A stretch of DNA of 64,000 nt from the IMG/VR virus record IMGVR_UViG_3300027770_000026, positions 124,001 through 188,000 of that record. The stretch is one strand, 5' to 3'. The position numbers were made by a program, and so were the translations under genes. The notes beneath the pieces were generated by a model. That model saw nothing but the letters and a program-made list of their open reading frames with translations. It did not search any database and had not been told where the DNA came from. Shown here piece after piece: positions 37,490-45,987 of this stretch. Numbering within the stretch: position 1 is the first letter of the stretch; each line of letters begins with the position of its first letter.

Positions 37490-37855
37490 CTATTTTTGTT
37501 TGGGAGTTGGACTATTCTTTTGAGTATCGCTGGGTTCTTGGCTAGTGGGGGTAGATATTAACTTAGCACTCACTCCCATTAGTTTGGCTGCTAGTTCAAT
37601 GATGCGTTGCTCTTCTGGTGCATAGCTGACCATTGTCAGTTGTTCACCAAATGCACTTTCTCGTTCAAAGTGTAAATTAGGATCACCGCTTGCTGCTGCT
37701 GCAGCTAATGCTAAACCGTAACGATATTGTGTGTAGAAATCATTGTTCTTTAATTGTGGGATAACATAAGTTGCGGGCAGAGTTTCTTGAACAGCCGGAG
37801 CAAGTGACCCTGTATTCTGTTCGCAAATTAAGATTAATTCTTGCAGGCTTTTCAT
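37490..37855 (-). CDS. hypothetical late protein (MKSLQEL N-terminus)
   Basis: 121-aa ORF coupled to the neck gene. Confidence 0.75.
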   Translation of the reverse strand: MKSLQELILICEQNTGSLAPAVQETLPATYVIPQLKNNDFYTQYRYGLALAAAAASGDPNLHFERESAFGEQLTMVSYAPEEQRIIELAAKLMGVSAKLISTPTSQEPSDTQKNSPTPKQK

Positions 37856-37858
37856 ATG

Positions 37859-38608
37859 TTATCCAATAATAAATGTAAGTGGTTGTGAGTTGTCCACGTA
37901 CAGCTTGAGTTCTTCAATCAGCTTTTCCATTTCAGCCTGACCTTCTGTTTTGAGTGCTGTGCCGTTTAGTTGTGCGCTACCGCCTGGACTTGCAATAGTG
38001 GCAAACTTCTCACGTGCCTGTCCCAGCATCATCTTACACTGTGCTAGCGAAAAGCTCTTGAGCCACGGGCCAACATATGGATCAACTAACAACATGTCTT
38101 CGGGCTTTTGCATGAATACATGCAGCAGCACTGTTTCGTTTGATAATACCTTACGTGGTATAGTCAGCTTGCGACTCACGGGATTGTAATAGTAAACCAC
38201 GTAGCCACCAAACATGCGGAAGCTGAGTTCTTGATAGCCCGCAAACAGTTCGTAGGTCAACAAGCCACCGGTGCGGCCCGTGTTGACCAAGTAGGTGTTA
38301 ACGTATGCAGATTGAAATGGGTCAAAGAAACTGGTACCTGCTGTTGCAGTACCTAGCCCTCGACGATGCACGTTTCTAACTGAGACTGTCTCTGCGGGTA
38401 GAGTGTATTCAGTCTGGTCTGTTTCCAGTTCTAGAAATGCGTGGGCTTCTTCTGCGCTGTTCTGTCCGCGCTGACGGTAGGTTGCAATAGCAAAATCCAA
38501 AGCACTGTCGTAGTGCTCTGGATCAAGTTCAACGTCAACCATCTGATCACCTAGACGCAGTCTTACGAAATCATAAACTTGCTGTCGGGGCGTGATAGTA
38601 ATGGGCAT
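37859..38608 (-). CDS. gp13: neck protein (gp13-like)
   Basis: LRLG...VDVEL, W.K...LA..K..LG..R.KF and PGG...LNG motifs. Confidence 0.85.
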   Translation of the reverse strand: MPITITPRQQVYDFVRLRLGDQMVDVELDPEHYDSALDFAIATYRQRGQNSAEEAHAFLELETDQTEYTLPAETVSVRNVHRRGLGTATAGTSFFDPFQSAYVNTYLVNTGRTGGLLTYELFAGYQELSFRMFGGYVVYYYNPVSRKLTIPRKVLSNETVLLHVFMQKPEDMLLVDPYVGPWLKSFSLAQCKMMLGQAREKFATIASPGGSAQLNGTALKTEGQAEMEKLIEELKLYVDNSQPLTFIIG

Positions 38609-38647
38609 AAAGGAACTCCTTGCAGAGTATTTATGCCCGTCGTCAAG

Positions 38648-39823
38648 TTATGCGTTCACACGCAGCAACAGAGTTTGGTCATTAATGCGGGGCTTCATCT
38701 TGAGCTCTACGCCCTTGATAGCGTCAAACCACTTGCGCAGTTGGTTCTTGCCCAGGGCCATAAACTCTGCCAACTGTTTCTCGGGCTTGCGCAGCGTTTT
38801 CTGAATGCTGGATTTCTCCAACGTACCCGTAAAGCCCGTGCCCTTGACCAAGATACTGCCCGGAAACTCGCTGCGGTACACGCCCAACTTGCGCGTCTTG
38901 CTGTTATAAACCCACAGCTCGCTCACGTTGAGACAGTTGACAGGGTTGATGCTGGTGATCTTGAACTCGTCGTTCTTGACCATATACTTGAGCTTGCGCA
39001 CCAGCTTGACCTTGTCTACAGGCTTCTTCTTACGGACCTTAGCTACCTTCTTCTCTGCAGACAAGCGGTTAGCACTAACCAAGCATTCGTCGCAGAATTC
39101 AATAGCAGCTTTGAGCCCGCGATTAGTTACCCAACGGTAACCTTCCTGCATCTGCAGGATGCCATCGTCAGTGGAACGCTTTTCCGCAAGCACAGTCTTG
39201 ATCTCGGCCAGTTCCTGCATCACAGGTTCCAGTGCCTTGCCCAGCTTCTTAAAGTGGATTGCACTGAGCTTGCCGCTGTTGGTAATGTTAGCAGCATTCG
39301 CGCTCTTCTGCGTTCCCTTCATGAGCTCGTATGCAGTCTCGCTAATGGCGTACACGATGTCGTCCACCTGCAGATCCATACGCTCCTGCACCCCCATCTT
39401 CTTCTCGGGTGACAGTTCCTCTACAGCCTTGACCGCAGCCATCTCCGCAGCATAGCCCGCAGTAATCATTTCCCAAATACGGGTCTGTTCCTCGTCCGTA
39501 AGAGGAAAGCCTTGTACCGCAATGCGGGACAAGTGACACAAGGACGAATTGAGAGCCTTGTCCGGCACCTTGTTCAGTATGAGGAGATCTGCTTTAGCAG
39601 TTGCCTCGCGGAAATGACGAACCCAGTCCTCAAGGAACTTGCGATTGTCCTTGTGGTCGCACATATAATTGAGCCAATTCAGCCCAAATAGCATCTGGGT
39701 CTTGCGATTAGCGTCCGTAACGGTACCCGGTTCCCAGGTGTACTCGTTTCCCTTAAACTTGATATCAGCCATGTTTGTGCTGATTGTGTGCTTTTTTAGT
39801 GCAGTTGTCTTGTTCACGCGCAC
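38648..39823 (-). CDS. hypothetical early protein
   Basis: 391 aa, AAGGAG RBS plus GTG, own sigma70 promoter, C-terminal WVYNSKTRKL...KTLRKP...RIN motif. Confidence 0.8.
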   Translation of the reverse strand: MRVNKTTALKKHTISTNMADIKFKGNEYTWEPGTVTDANRKTQMLFGLNWLNYMCDHKDNRKFLEDWVRHFREATAKADLLILNKVPDKALNSSLCHLSRIAVQGFPLTDEEQTRIWEMITAGYAAEMAAVKAVEELSPEKKMGVQERMDLQVDDIVYAISETAYELMKGTQKSANAANITNSGKLSAIHFKKLGKALEPVMQELAEIKTVLAEKRSTDDGILQMQEGYRWVTNRGLKAAIEFCDECLVSANRLSAEKKVAKVRKKKPVDKVKLVRKLKYMVKNDEFKITSINPVNCLNVSELWVYNSKTRKLGVYRSEFPGSILVKGTGFTGTLEKSSIQKTLRKPEKQLAEFMALGKNQLRKWFDAIKGVELKMKPRINDQTLLLRVNA

Positions 39824-39841
39824 TCCTTACTGTGTTTGGAT

Positions 39842-39901
39842 ATTATATAGTATTCTAGCGTAAGATACAACCAAAATAGTTCTAGCAAAATCAATGACTT
39901 A
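39842..39901 (-). promoter_or_regulatory. sigma70 promoter TTGTAT-N17-TATAAT with upstream IHF-consensus site
   Basis: -10 at 39842-39847, -35 at 39865-39870, AATCAATGACTTA at 39889-39901. Confidence 0.7.
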
Positions 39902-39934
39902 CGCGCGGGCATAAATATCATATAGGAGAATCGT

Positions 39935-41083
39935 ATGCCCAGATTAAGTATGTGGCGGCCCGAATACAGTAAAGACTACTACTGGATTGACCGTTCGTCA
40001 AGAGAATATTTCATGATTGGTGGTGTGGGCATTTATGTACACAAATATCTAGGCGTGTCAACCGATTCTAGAGACAGTTCGGGACCTGCACAACCTGCAG
40101 GGGGCGATCTAAGTGTTACGGGAATTCAGGATCTGTTGCTCATGGAAAACCGTGATCGCAAGTATGATCCAAACATTTATGAGCTACGTGGCGTTTATAA
40201 CCCAAACGACACGGACTTTGACCTAAGTCAATTTGGCTTGTTCCTTAGTAATGACAATTTGTTTGTCAGCTTTCACATCAATGACATGGTTGAGCGTCTA
40301 GGCAGAACACTCATGAGCGGTGACGTACTAGAATTCCCTAACCTCAAAGATCCATTCGCTATTCACGACGTAGCAAAAGCACTCAAGCGTTTCTATGTTG
40401 TTAATGACACTAGTCGCAGCGCAGAAGGATTTAGTCCCACATGGTATCCGCACATTTGGCGTGCTAAGGTTGGACCACTTGTGGATGCACAGGAGTACAA
40501 GGATATCTTTGGTAACGGACAAAATCCCAACGACTTACTCAACTATCTCAGCAACTACAACAAGGTCAAGGCTGTTAATGATGCAGTTGTTGCCCAAGCA
40601 GAAGCAGATGTTCCGCAAAGCGGTTACGACACTAGCATGTTCTGGGTTAACCCAACCAATGCAGACGGCAGTATTAATGTAACTAACGAACTAGATATTG
40701 CAGCAGAGACTGGAACCCCATTAGCCATTGAAGGCGAAGGTTACGGTACACCAACGGCCAATGGATATCTTACTACATATCTTCTAGGCGACGGTGATGC
40801 TCCAAATGGTATTACCAGTGGGTTTGGAACTGCGTTCCCGATGAGTCCTGCAACAGGCGATTACTTTAAACGTACAGACTTTTTGCCTGCTCGCTTGTTC
40901 CGTTACGATGGCTTCCGCTGGATGTTCGTTGAGGATGCCGTGAGAACCAATATAAGTAACAACGATACTAAGAATACACTCAAAGGCACCTTTGTTAACA
41001 ACACTAACATTACCGAGACTTCTCGTGGCAATATCAACGAGCGTCAAACACTCAATGACTTGTTGAAACCCAAGGCTGATTAA
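39935..41083 (+). CDS. gp14: neck/head closure protein (gp14-like)
   Basis: IQDLLLMENRDRKYD, LSQFGLF and GDVLE motifs. TAAATA promoter and AGGAG RBS. Confidence 0.7.
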   Translation: MPRLSMWRPEYSKDYYWIDRSSREYFMIGGVGIYVHKYLGVSTDSRDSSGPAQPAGGDLSVTGIQDLLLMENRDRKYDPNIYELRGVYNPNDTDFDLSQFGLFLSNDNLFVSFHINDMVERLGRTLMSGDVLEFPNLKDPFAIHDVAKALKRFYVVNDTSRSAEGFSPTWYPHIWRAKVGPLVDAQEYKDIFGNGQNPNDLLNYLSNYNKVKAVNDAVVAQAEADVPQSGYDTSMFWVNPTNADGSINVTNELDIAAETGTPLAIEGEGYGTPTANGYLTTYLLGDGDAPNGITSGFGTAFPMSPATGDYFKRTDFLPARLFRYDGFRWMFVEDAVRTNISNNDTKNTLKGTFVNNTNITETSRGNINERQTLNDLLKPKAD

Positions 41084-41085
41084 TT

Positions 41086-42612
41086 ATGAGCTCTTATTTT
41101 TACAGTGGACAGATACGTAGATTTCTAGGACAGTTCATTCGTGTAATGAGTGGGTTCAAGGTCAAGTTTGGACGTGACGCCAATGGTAGCGAAGTGTTCC
41201 GTGAAGTTCCGTGTACTTACGGAGACCCTAGTCGTCAGGTAGCGCAGATCATGCGCAGTAATAGTGCAAACGTTGCGCTAACTGTGCCGCAGATTAGCTG
41301 CTATATTGTTGACCTAAAGTATTCACGCGAACGTATTATGGAACCAAACTTTGTCAAAAAGGTTCAGGTAATAGAACGTGCAATCGATCCTGCTACCGGA
41401 CTGTATACCAGTGCGCCCGGCGACAAGTATACAGTGGAACGACTAATGCCCGTACCATATGACCTAAGTGTTAAAGCAGACATATGGACCAGCAGTACTG
41501 ATCAGAAGATGCAGTTGTTAGAACAAATTGGCGTATTGTTTAATCCCAGTATGGAAATACAGGGCAGCGATACATTCTTAGACTGGACCAGTTTAAGCTA
41601 TGTTGAACTAGACGGTTTGCAGTGGAGTAGCAGACAAGTTCCAGTTGGCACCGAAGATCCAATCGATATTGCTAGTATGACCTTTACCATGCCCATATGG
41701 TTAAGTGCTCCTGCTAAAGTCAAGAAGATGGGTGTTATCACAAACATTGTGGAAAATCTTTATACATCCGATGGACAGGTTCGCCCGGATCTAGCAGAAC
41801 AAGGATTCACTGCCGAAGACTTTATATTTGATATACGCTTGCAAAACAGCGGCAGTACTATGGACGATTTCTCCAGCAGTATATCGTCAACAGGCAACAC
41901 AGTTAATCAGTTTCCTGATCCAAACAATCCCAGCGAAACACGATATCAGAACGTGGGACATAATCCAAGACAACGTATTGGCTTGCCGTATGATGTTATT
42001 GTCATAAACGGTGTTGCCCGTGCAGTGAGAAAAGAAACTCCGTCCAGCGACAATGGTGTTAACTCAAACGTCACTGCATCGTCTTACGCGCTTTGGAATG
42101 AAATACTACCGTTATGCTCTACTACATTCCAAGATGGTATTACAAGACTGTACTTGCGATTGAGCGATGACGTAGAAGTAGTAGGTGTGGTATCACTAGA
42201 TCCCTCTGACAATTCAAGACTGATGTTTACTGTAGACGCAGACACTATTCCTAGCAATACACTAGATGCAGTTAATCGAATAGTAAATCCCATACAGTCT
42301 GGTCCTAGTACTGGCTTGCCTGCTAAGGCATTAGGTCAACGTTATCTACTGTTAGACGATATTGGTTCAAGTGCTGATACAGGCGATGCACTTGCGTGGC
42401 GTGGGGCGGATAGTTCTGAGCTTGTTGCCAAGAAGCATGACATTGTGGAATACAATGGTAGCAGATGGGTCGTAAGTTATAGCCCAGCAGGAACAGAAAC
42501 CGTACAATATGTTACAAATCTAACAAATAGCCAGCAGTTCAAATGGGACGGATTTGAATGGCTGCGTAGTTGGGAAGGTGTTTACCGAGAGGGCGAATGG
42601 AGACTACACTAA
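41086..42612 (+). CDS. gp15: tail terminator/sheath stabiliser (gp15-like) with C-terminal extension
   Basis: YFY..QIRR, VP..YG, PVPYDL and Q.LEQI..LFNP motifs. Confidence 0.8.
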   Translation: MSSYFYSGQIRRFLGQFIRVMSGFKVKFGRDANGSEVFREVPCTYGDPSRQVAQIMRSNSANVALTVPQISCYIVDLKYSRERIMEPNFVKKVQVIERAIDPATGLYTSAPGDKYTVERLMPVPYDLSVKADIWTSSTDQKMQLLEQIGVLFNPSMEIQGSDTFLDWTSLSYVELDGLQWSSRQVPVGTEDPIDIASMTFTMPIWLSAPAKVKKMGVITNIVENLYTSDGQVRPDLAEQGFTAEDFIFDIRLQNSGSTMDDFSSSISSTGNTVNQFPDPNNPSETRYQNVGHNPRQRIGLPYDVIVINGVARAVRKETPSSDNGVNSNVTASSYALWNEILPLCSTTFQDGITRLYLRLSDDVEVVGVVSLDPSDNSRLMFTVDADTIPSNTLDAVNRIVNPIQSGPSTGLPAKALGQRYLLLDDIGSSADTGDALAWRGADSSELVAKKHDIVEYNGSRWVVSYSPAGTETVQYVTNLTNSQQFKWDGFEWLRSWEGVYREGEWRLH

Positions 42613-43016
42613 ACGCTCGCGGTTGTTTCATCTACGCGAGAAACACAGGTAGGTTTTTATTTTTACTGAGTAACGAGACAGGACGCTTTCAGTATACCTG
42701 GGGTATCCCCGGTGGTAAACAGGAACCCAACGAAACTGCAAGAGATTGTATTGTCCGTGAAATAGAAGAAGAAACTGGATACAAGATTCTAACTAACTTC
42801 ATCCCGGTAGATACGTTTACAAACGAACGTGGGTCTTTTTGCTATAGTACGTATTTTTGCAGTGTAGGGCGAGAGTTTATACCAGCTCTGAGCAACGAGC
42901 ACTGCGGCTATTGTTGGACACCATTAGACAATTTTCCTCGCCCCATGCATACTGGCGTGTTTAACAGCATGCGGGAAGAGCTAACTCGTGACTTGCTAAA
43001 AGAACTAATAAAGTAA
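42597..43016 (+). CDS. Nudix hydrolase
   Basis: GGKQEPNETARDCIVREIEEETG Nudix box. ATG 42597 with GAGAGG RBS. Confidence 0.9.
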   Translation: METTLNARGCFIYARNTGRFLFLLSNETGRFQYTWGIPGGKQEPNETARDCIVREIEEETGYKILTNFIPVDTFTNERGSFCYSTYFCSVGREFIPALSNEHCGYCWTPLDNFPRPMHTGVFNSMREELTRDLLKELIK

Positions 43017-43658
43017 TTAAGCGATTCCAGTTGAACTAGACTGCAACGTAATGTTAGCTGTATCTAACACAACACTGTCGCTAGTATTTCTAATAGACAA
43101 TGACAGGATTCCAAGTGCCTCGTTATCTACAGTGCCGTTTGTAGATGTAGCAAGAGTCCACGTTTGAGTAGTAGATAACGATGTCCATACTCCAGCACCT
43201 TCGGTCCCCGTGAATGTCCCACCGGTACTAGTTGGGTCAAGTGTCCAAATAGCTTGAACAGAGTAGTCACTAGGATTTTTATTTCCTGGAAGCCATTCAC
43301 CAGTATAACTACCCGAAGCAGATCCAGCAGTTGTTGATGCTATATTATAGGTAAATGTGCCATCGCTTCTTAATCGAACAGTTGCACTACAGCTTGACGA
43401 TGCCACGCTAGTTGATGCTGCACTAACGCTATGACCAGTAATATAAACTTCTGACTTACCAAGTAAATCACTTATTTTTATTGTTCCAGTTGTTGGTACT
43501 GTTGCGCCAACTGAACCAGAATTAATATCAGAAGATTTCACATATGTTCCGTTACGAAGGAAAGCACGTAATGTCTGACTAGTAGCATTAAACTGCGTGT
43601 TTATTTCGCTAAGTTTAAATGGATCGCCCGAGGATGCTGTTGTTTGTAAACGTCCCAT
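43017..43658 (-). CDS. fibre-tip/adhesin-like protein, paralogue 1
   Basis: N-terminal LQTTASSG.P..L.EI..QF...VPT.GTI module shared with the next gene. Confidence 0.65.
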   Translation of the reverse strand: MGRLQTTASSGDPFKLSEINTQFNATSQTLRAFLRNGTYVKSSDINSGSVGATVPTTGTIKISDLLGKSEVYITGHSVSAASTSVASSSCSATVRLRSDGTFTYNIASTTAGSASGSYTGEWLPGNKNPSDYSVQAIWTLDPTSTGGTFTGTEGAGVWTSLSTTQTWTLATSTNGTVDNEALGILSLSIRNTSDSVVLDTANITLQSSSTGIA

Positions 43659-43669
43659 GCTATATCTCC

Positions 43670-44308
43670 TTAGGTAATCTCAAATGTAACTGTGCCGGTA
43701 GCATTGATACTTTGTGTGTTAAGCCATGTATATACAGTATAGTTTCCGCCGGAATTATACGTAGTTGATCCGGTAGATCCCGATGCAGTTGCTCTAGTTA
43801 CGGTCACAGACGCTGCTTGTGTCATAGTAAGACTAGTCCAAGTTGCACTTGAAGTATAATCGCCACCTGCTAATATCAGTGTAGTAGTATACGTAATACT
43901 AGGGAAAGGAAATGATATTGTTACGCGAGTTCCAAATATACCGCCAATAGTAGCTTGCGCTGTTGAACTAGCAGAAATTCCAAAAAGACTATAACCTGTT
44001 AAACTACCAAATGCTCCAATTCCGCTTAAATTGTTTGAATATCCATAATAAACTACGGTACCACTAGTACTAGTGCCGCTAGTAATACTAGATTTAAAAA
44101 TTTTATCAGTACTAAGAAAATTTAATACATCCACTGTGCCACTTGTTGGTATAGTAGCATTAGCTTGGTGATTAGGAACATATCCGCCACCGCGGCGATA
44201 ACTGGTAAGGGTGTTTGGTCCAGTGTTTGAACCAGTATATCCAAACTCTCCTTTAATCTCGTTAATTGTTAATGGATTACCACCACTTGCTGTACTCTGT
44301 AAGGTCAT
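43670..44308 (-). CDS. fibre-tip/adhesin-like protein, paralogue 2
   Basis: LQSTASGG.P..I.EI..EF...YRRGG.YV...IPTSGT module, coupled to the S74-bearing fibre. Confidence 0.65.
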   Translation of the reverse strand: MTLQSTASGGNPLTINEIKGEFGYTGSNTGPNTLTSYRRGGGYVPNHQANATIPTSGTVDVLNFLSTDKIFKSSITSGTSTSGTVVYYGYSNNLSGIGAFGSLTGYSLFGISASSTAQATIGGIFGTRVTISFPFPSITYTTTLILAGGDYTSSATWTSLTMTQAASVTVTRATASGSTGSTTYNSGGNYTVYTWLNTQSINATGTVTFEIT

Positions 44309-45972
44309 GGCTTGTTGGCTAATTGCTGTTCTAGTGACGATACCTTGTTTGTAAGTTCTTTTACTGCTTCAATTAATAATGGAACCAGCTTGTCATATTT
44401 TACAGCAAGTGCACCGTTATAGCTTTCTACTGCTTCGGGTAGTACTTGTTGTACTTCCTGCGCAATAACACCAACTTGATTGCTAGTGTCGATCATTCCA
44501 TTAACTTTACCATTTTCATTCCATGTGTAGTGTACGCCACGTAGTGTATTAATCTTTGCAAGTGCGTTAGTCATTGGTCCACTGATTTCTTTATATCTTA
44601 TATCTGATGTTGCAGCAAAGTCTGTTGCAGTAACTGTGCCAGTGCTAGGGTTAACTACAAATACCGAGTTGTAATAGATATTCGTTAATGGATCTACTGT
44701 ATTGTCTGTGAACAACACATAACGATTTGTGTTTGTACTGTTTGTACCAAATGTTACACCAGTACCTTGACTGCCAACATAGCCCTGCGGACCTTGTGCT
44801 CCTATATTACCCTGTGGCCCTTGTGGTCCACGCGAACCAACAAATCCTTGTGGGCCAACACTTCCGGTGTATCCACCACCACCCCCACCTGACGAGGATC
44901 CAGTAAAACCAGTAGCTCCTTGTGGTCCAACACTTCCGGTGTATCCGCCAGCTGCACTACCAGTATATCCCTGCGGGCCTTGTGGTCCTTGTGGACCCTG
45001 TGGGCCGCGCGATCCTGTGTAACCTGGGTTTGCACTCCAGGTCATTGTGCCAGCGCCGTTAGTCGTTAGTGCATATCCAGATAATCCGTCAGCTGCTGGT
45101 AATGCATATGTAATACTGCTACTACCTGCAAAACCTGCTGCAGCAAGGCCAACATATGCTCCATTAGTTGCATATATCTTTAGACCTGCACTGCTAACGG
45201 CTAGTCTTTGCGATCCTGCCGTAGATACACCAACCGTGTTTGTTGTGGGAAAATATACACCAGTATCGGGATCACCTGTTGTTGTAATACTAGGTAATGC
45301 TGCAGTACCTGCATCAAATTCCACTGTGCCAAATGCAGTAGTACCTGTTACATCTAAGTTAACTACTGTTAACGTGTTAGTGCTTGCGTTATATTCAAAG
45401 CCTGCCTCTGTTGCTACTAGCCCAGCAGTTGTAGTGTAAAGAACACGACCTGTGGTACCGCCTGAAATCTTAAATCCGCCTGCAGTAACTGTACCTGTTA
45501 CATCTAAGTTACCAGTGAATATGCCGTTTGTTGCAGTGACGTCACCTGTTGCAGTGATGTCTGCAGCAACGATGTTACTGTTGCTTACTGTTGGGCCAAT
45601 TAGATCAAAGTCTGTACCGTTATAAACGTACAACTGACCTGTGTCTGACTTAAACCAAAAGTCGCCACTTGCATTTGTTGTGGGACGGGCTGTTGCAATA
45701 ACAGTTGCACTGTGTGGCTTAAAGCCCGATCCGTTATAAACATTTAATCTACCAGTAGAAGTATTATACCAAATTTGTCCAACTAGTGGATTTGATGGGG
45801 CTGTAGAATTAGCAAAGCTTTCTAGTATTCGTACCAAGTTCTGATTCAGTGTTGAACCATATCCTGGATAGTTCTTACCCACCAGTGTAATAGAAGTTTT
45901 AGTGGTATCTAGTGTACCATCCTGTAGTGTTATTAATGTTTGACCATTACTTTTGGTTATAATATATGACAT
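44305..45972 (-). CDS. tail fibre with collagen-like repeats and C-terminal intramolecular chaperone (Peptidase S74)
   Basis: GPQ and GYTGS repeats, then SDIRYK...GVIAQEV...PEAV...V.Y.KLVPLLIEAVKEL. Confidence 0.9.
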   Translation of the reverse strand: MSYIITKSNGQTLITLQDGTLDTTKTSITLVGKNYPGYGSTLNQNLVRILESFANSTAPSNPLVGQIWYNTSTGRLNVYNGSGFKPHSATVIATARPTTNASGDFWFKSDTGQLYVYNGTDFDLIGPTVSNSNIVAADITATGDVTATNGIFTGNLDVTGTVTAGGFKISGGTTGRVLYTTTAGLVATEAGFEYNASTNTLTVVNLDVTGTTAFGTVEFDAGTAALPSITTTGDPDTGVYFPTTNTVGVSTAGSQRLAVSSAGLKIYATNGAYVGLAAAGFAGSSSITYALPAADGLSGYALTTNGAGTMTWSANPGYTGSRGPQGPQGPQGPQGYTGSAAGGYTGSVGPQGATGFTGSSSGGGGGGYTGSVGPQGFVGSRGPQGPQGNIGAQGPQGYVGSQGTGVTFGTNSTNTNRYVLFTDNTVDPLTNIYYNSVFVVNPSTGTVTATDFAATSDIRYKEISGPMTNALAKINTLRGVHYTWNENGKVNGMIDTSNQVGVIAQEVQQVLPEAVESYNGALAVKYDKLVPLLIEAVKELTNKVSSLEQQLANKP

Positions 45973-45987
45973 GTTTGTTCTCTTCTA

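Noticed and set aside
38579-39412. 277-aa plus-strand ORF
   Set aside because: Antisense shadow of the GC3-rich gene 38648-39823, with no RBS, promoter or recognisable motif.
43017-44308. Diversity-generating retroelement TR/VR pair
   Set aside because: Paralogy is at protein level only. No near-identical repeat with adenine-specific mismatches and no reverse transcriptase in the window.
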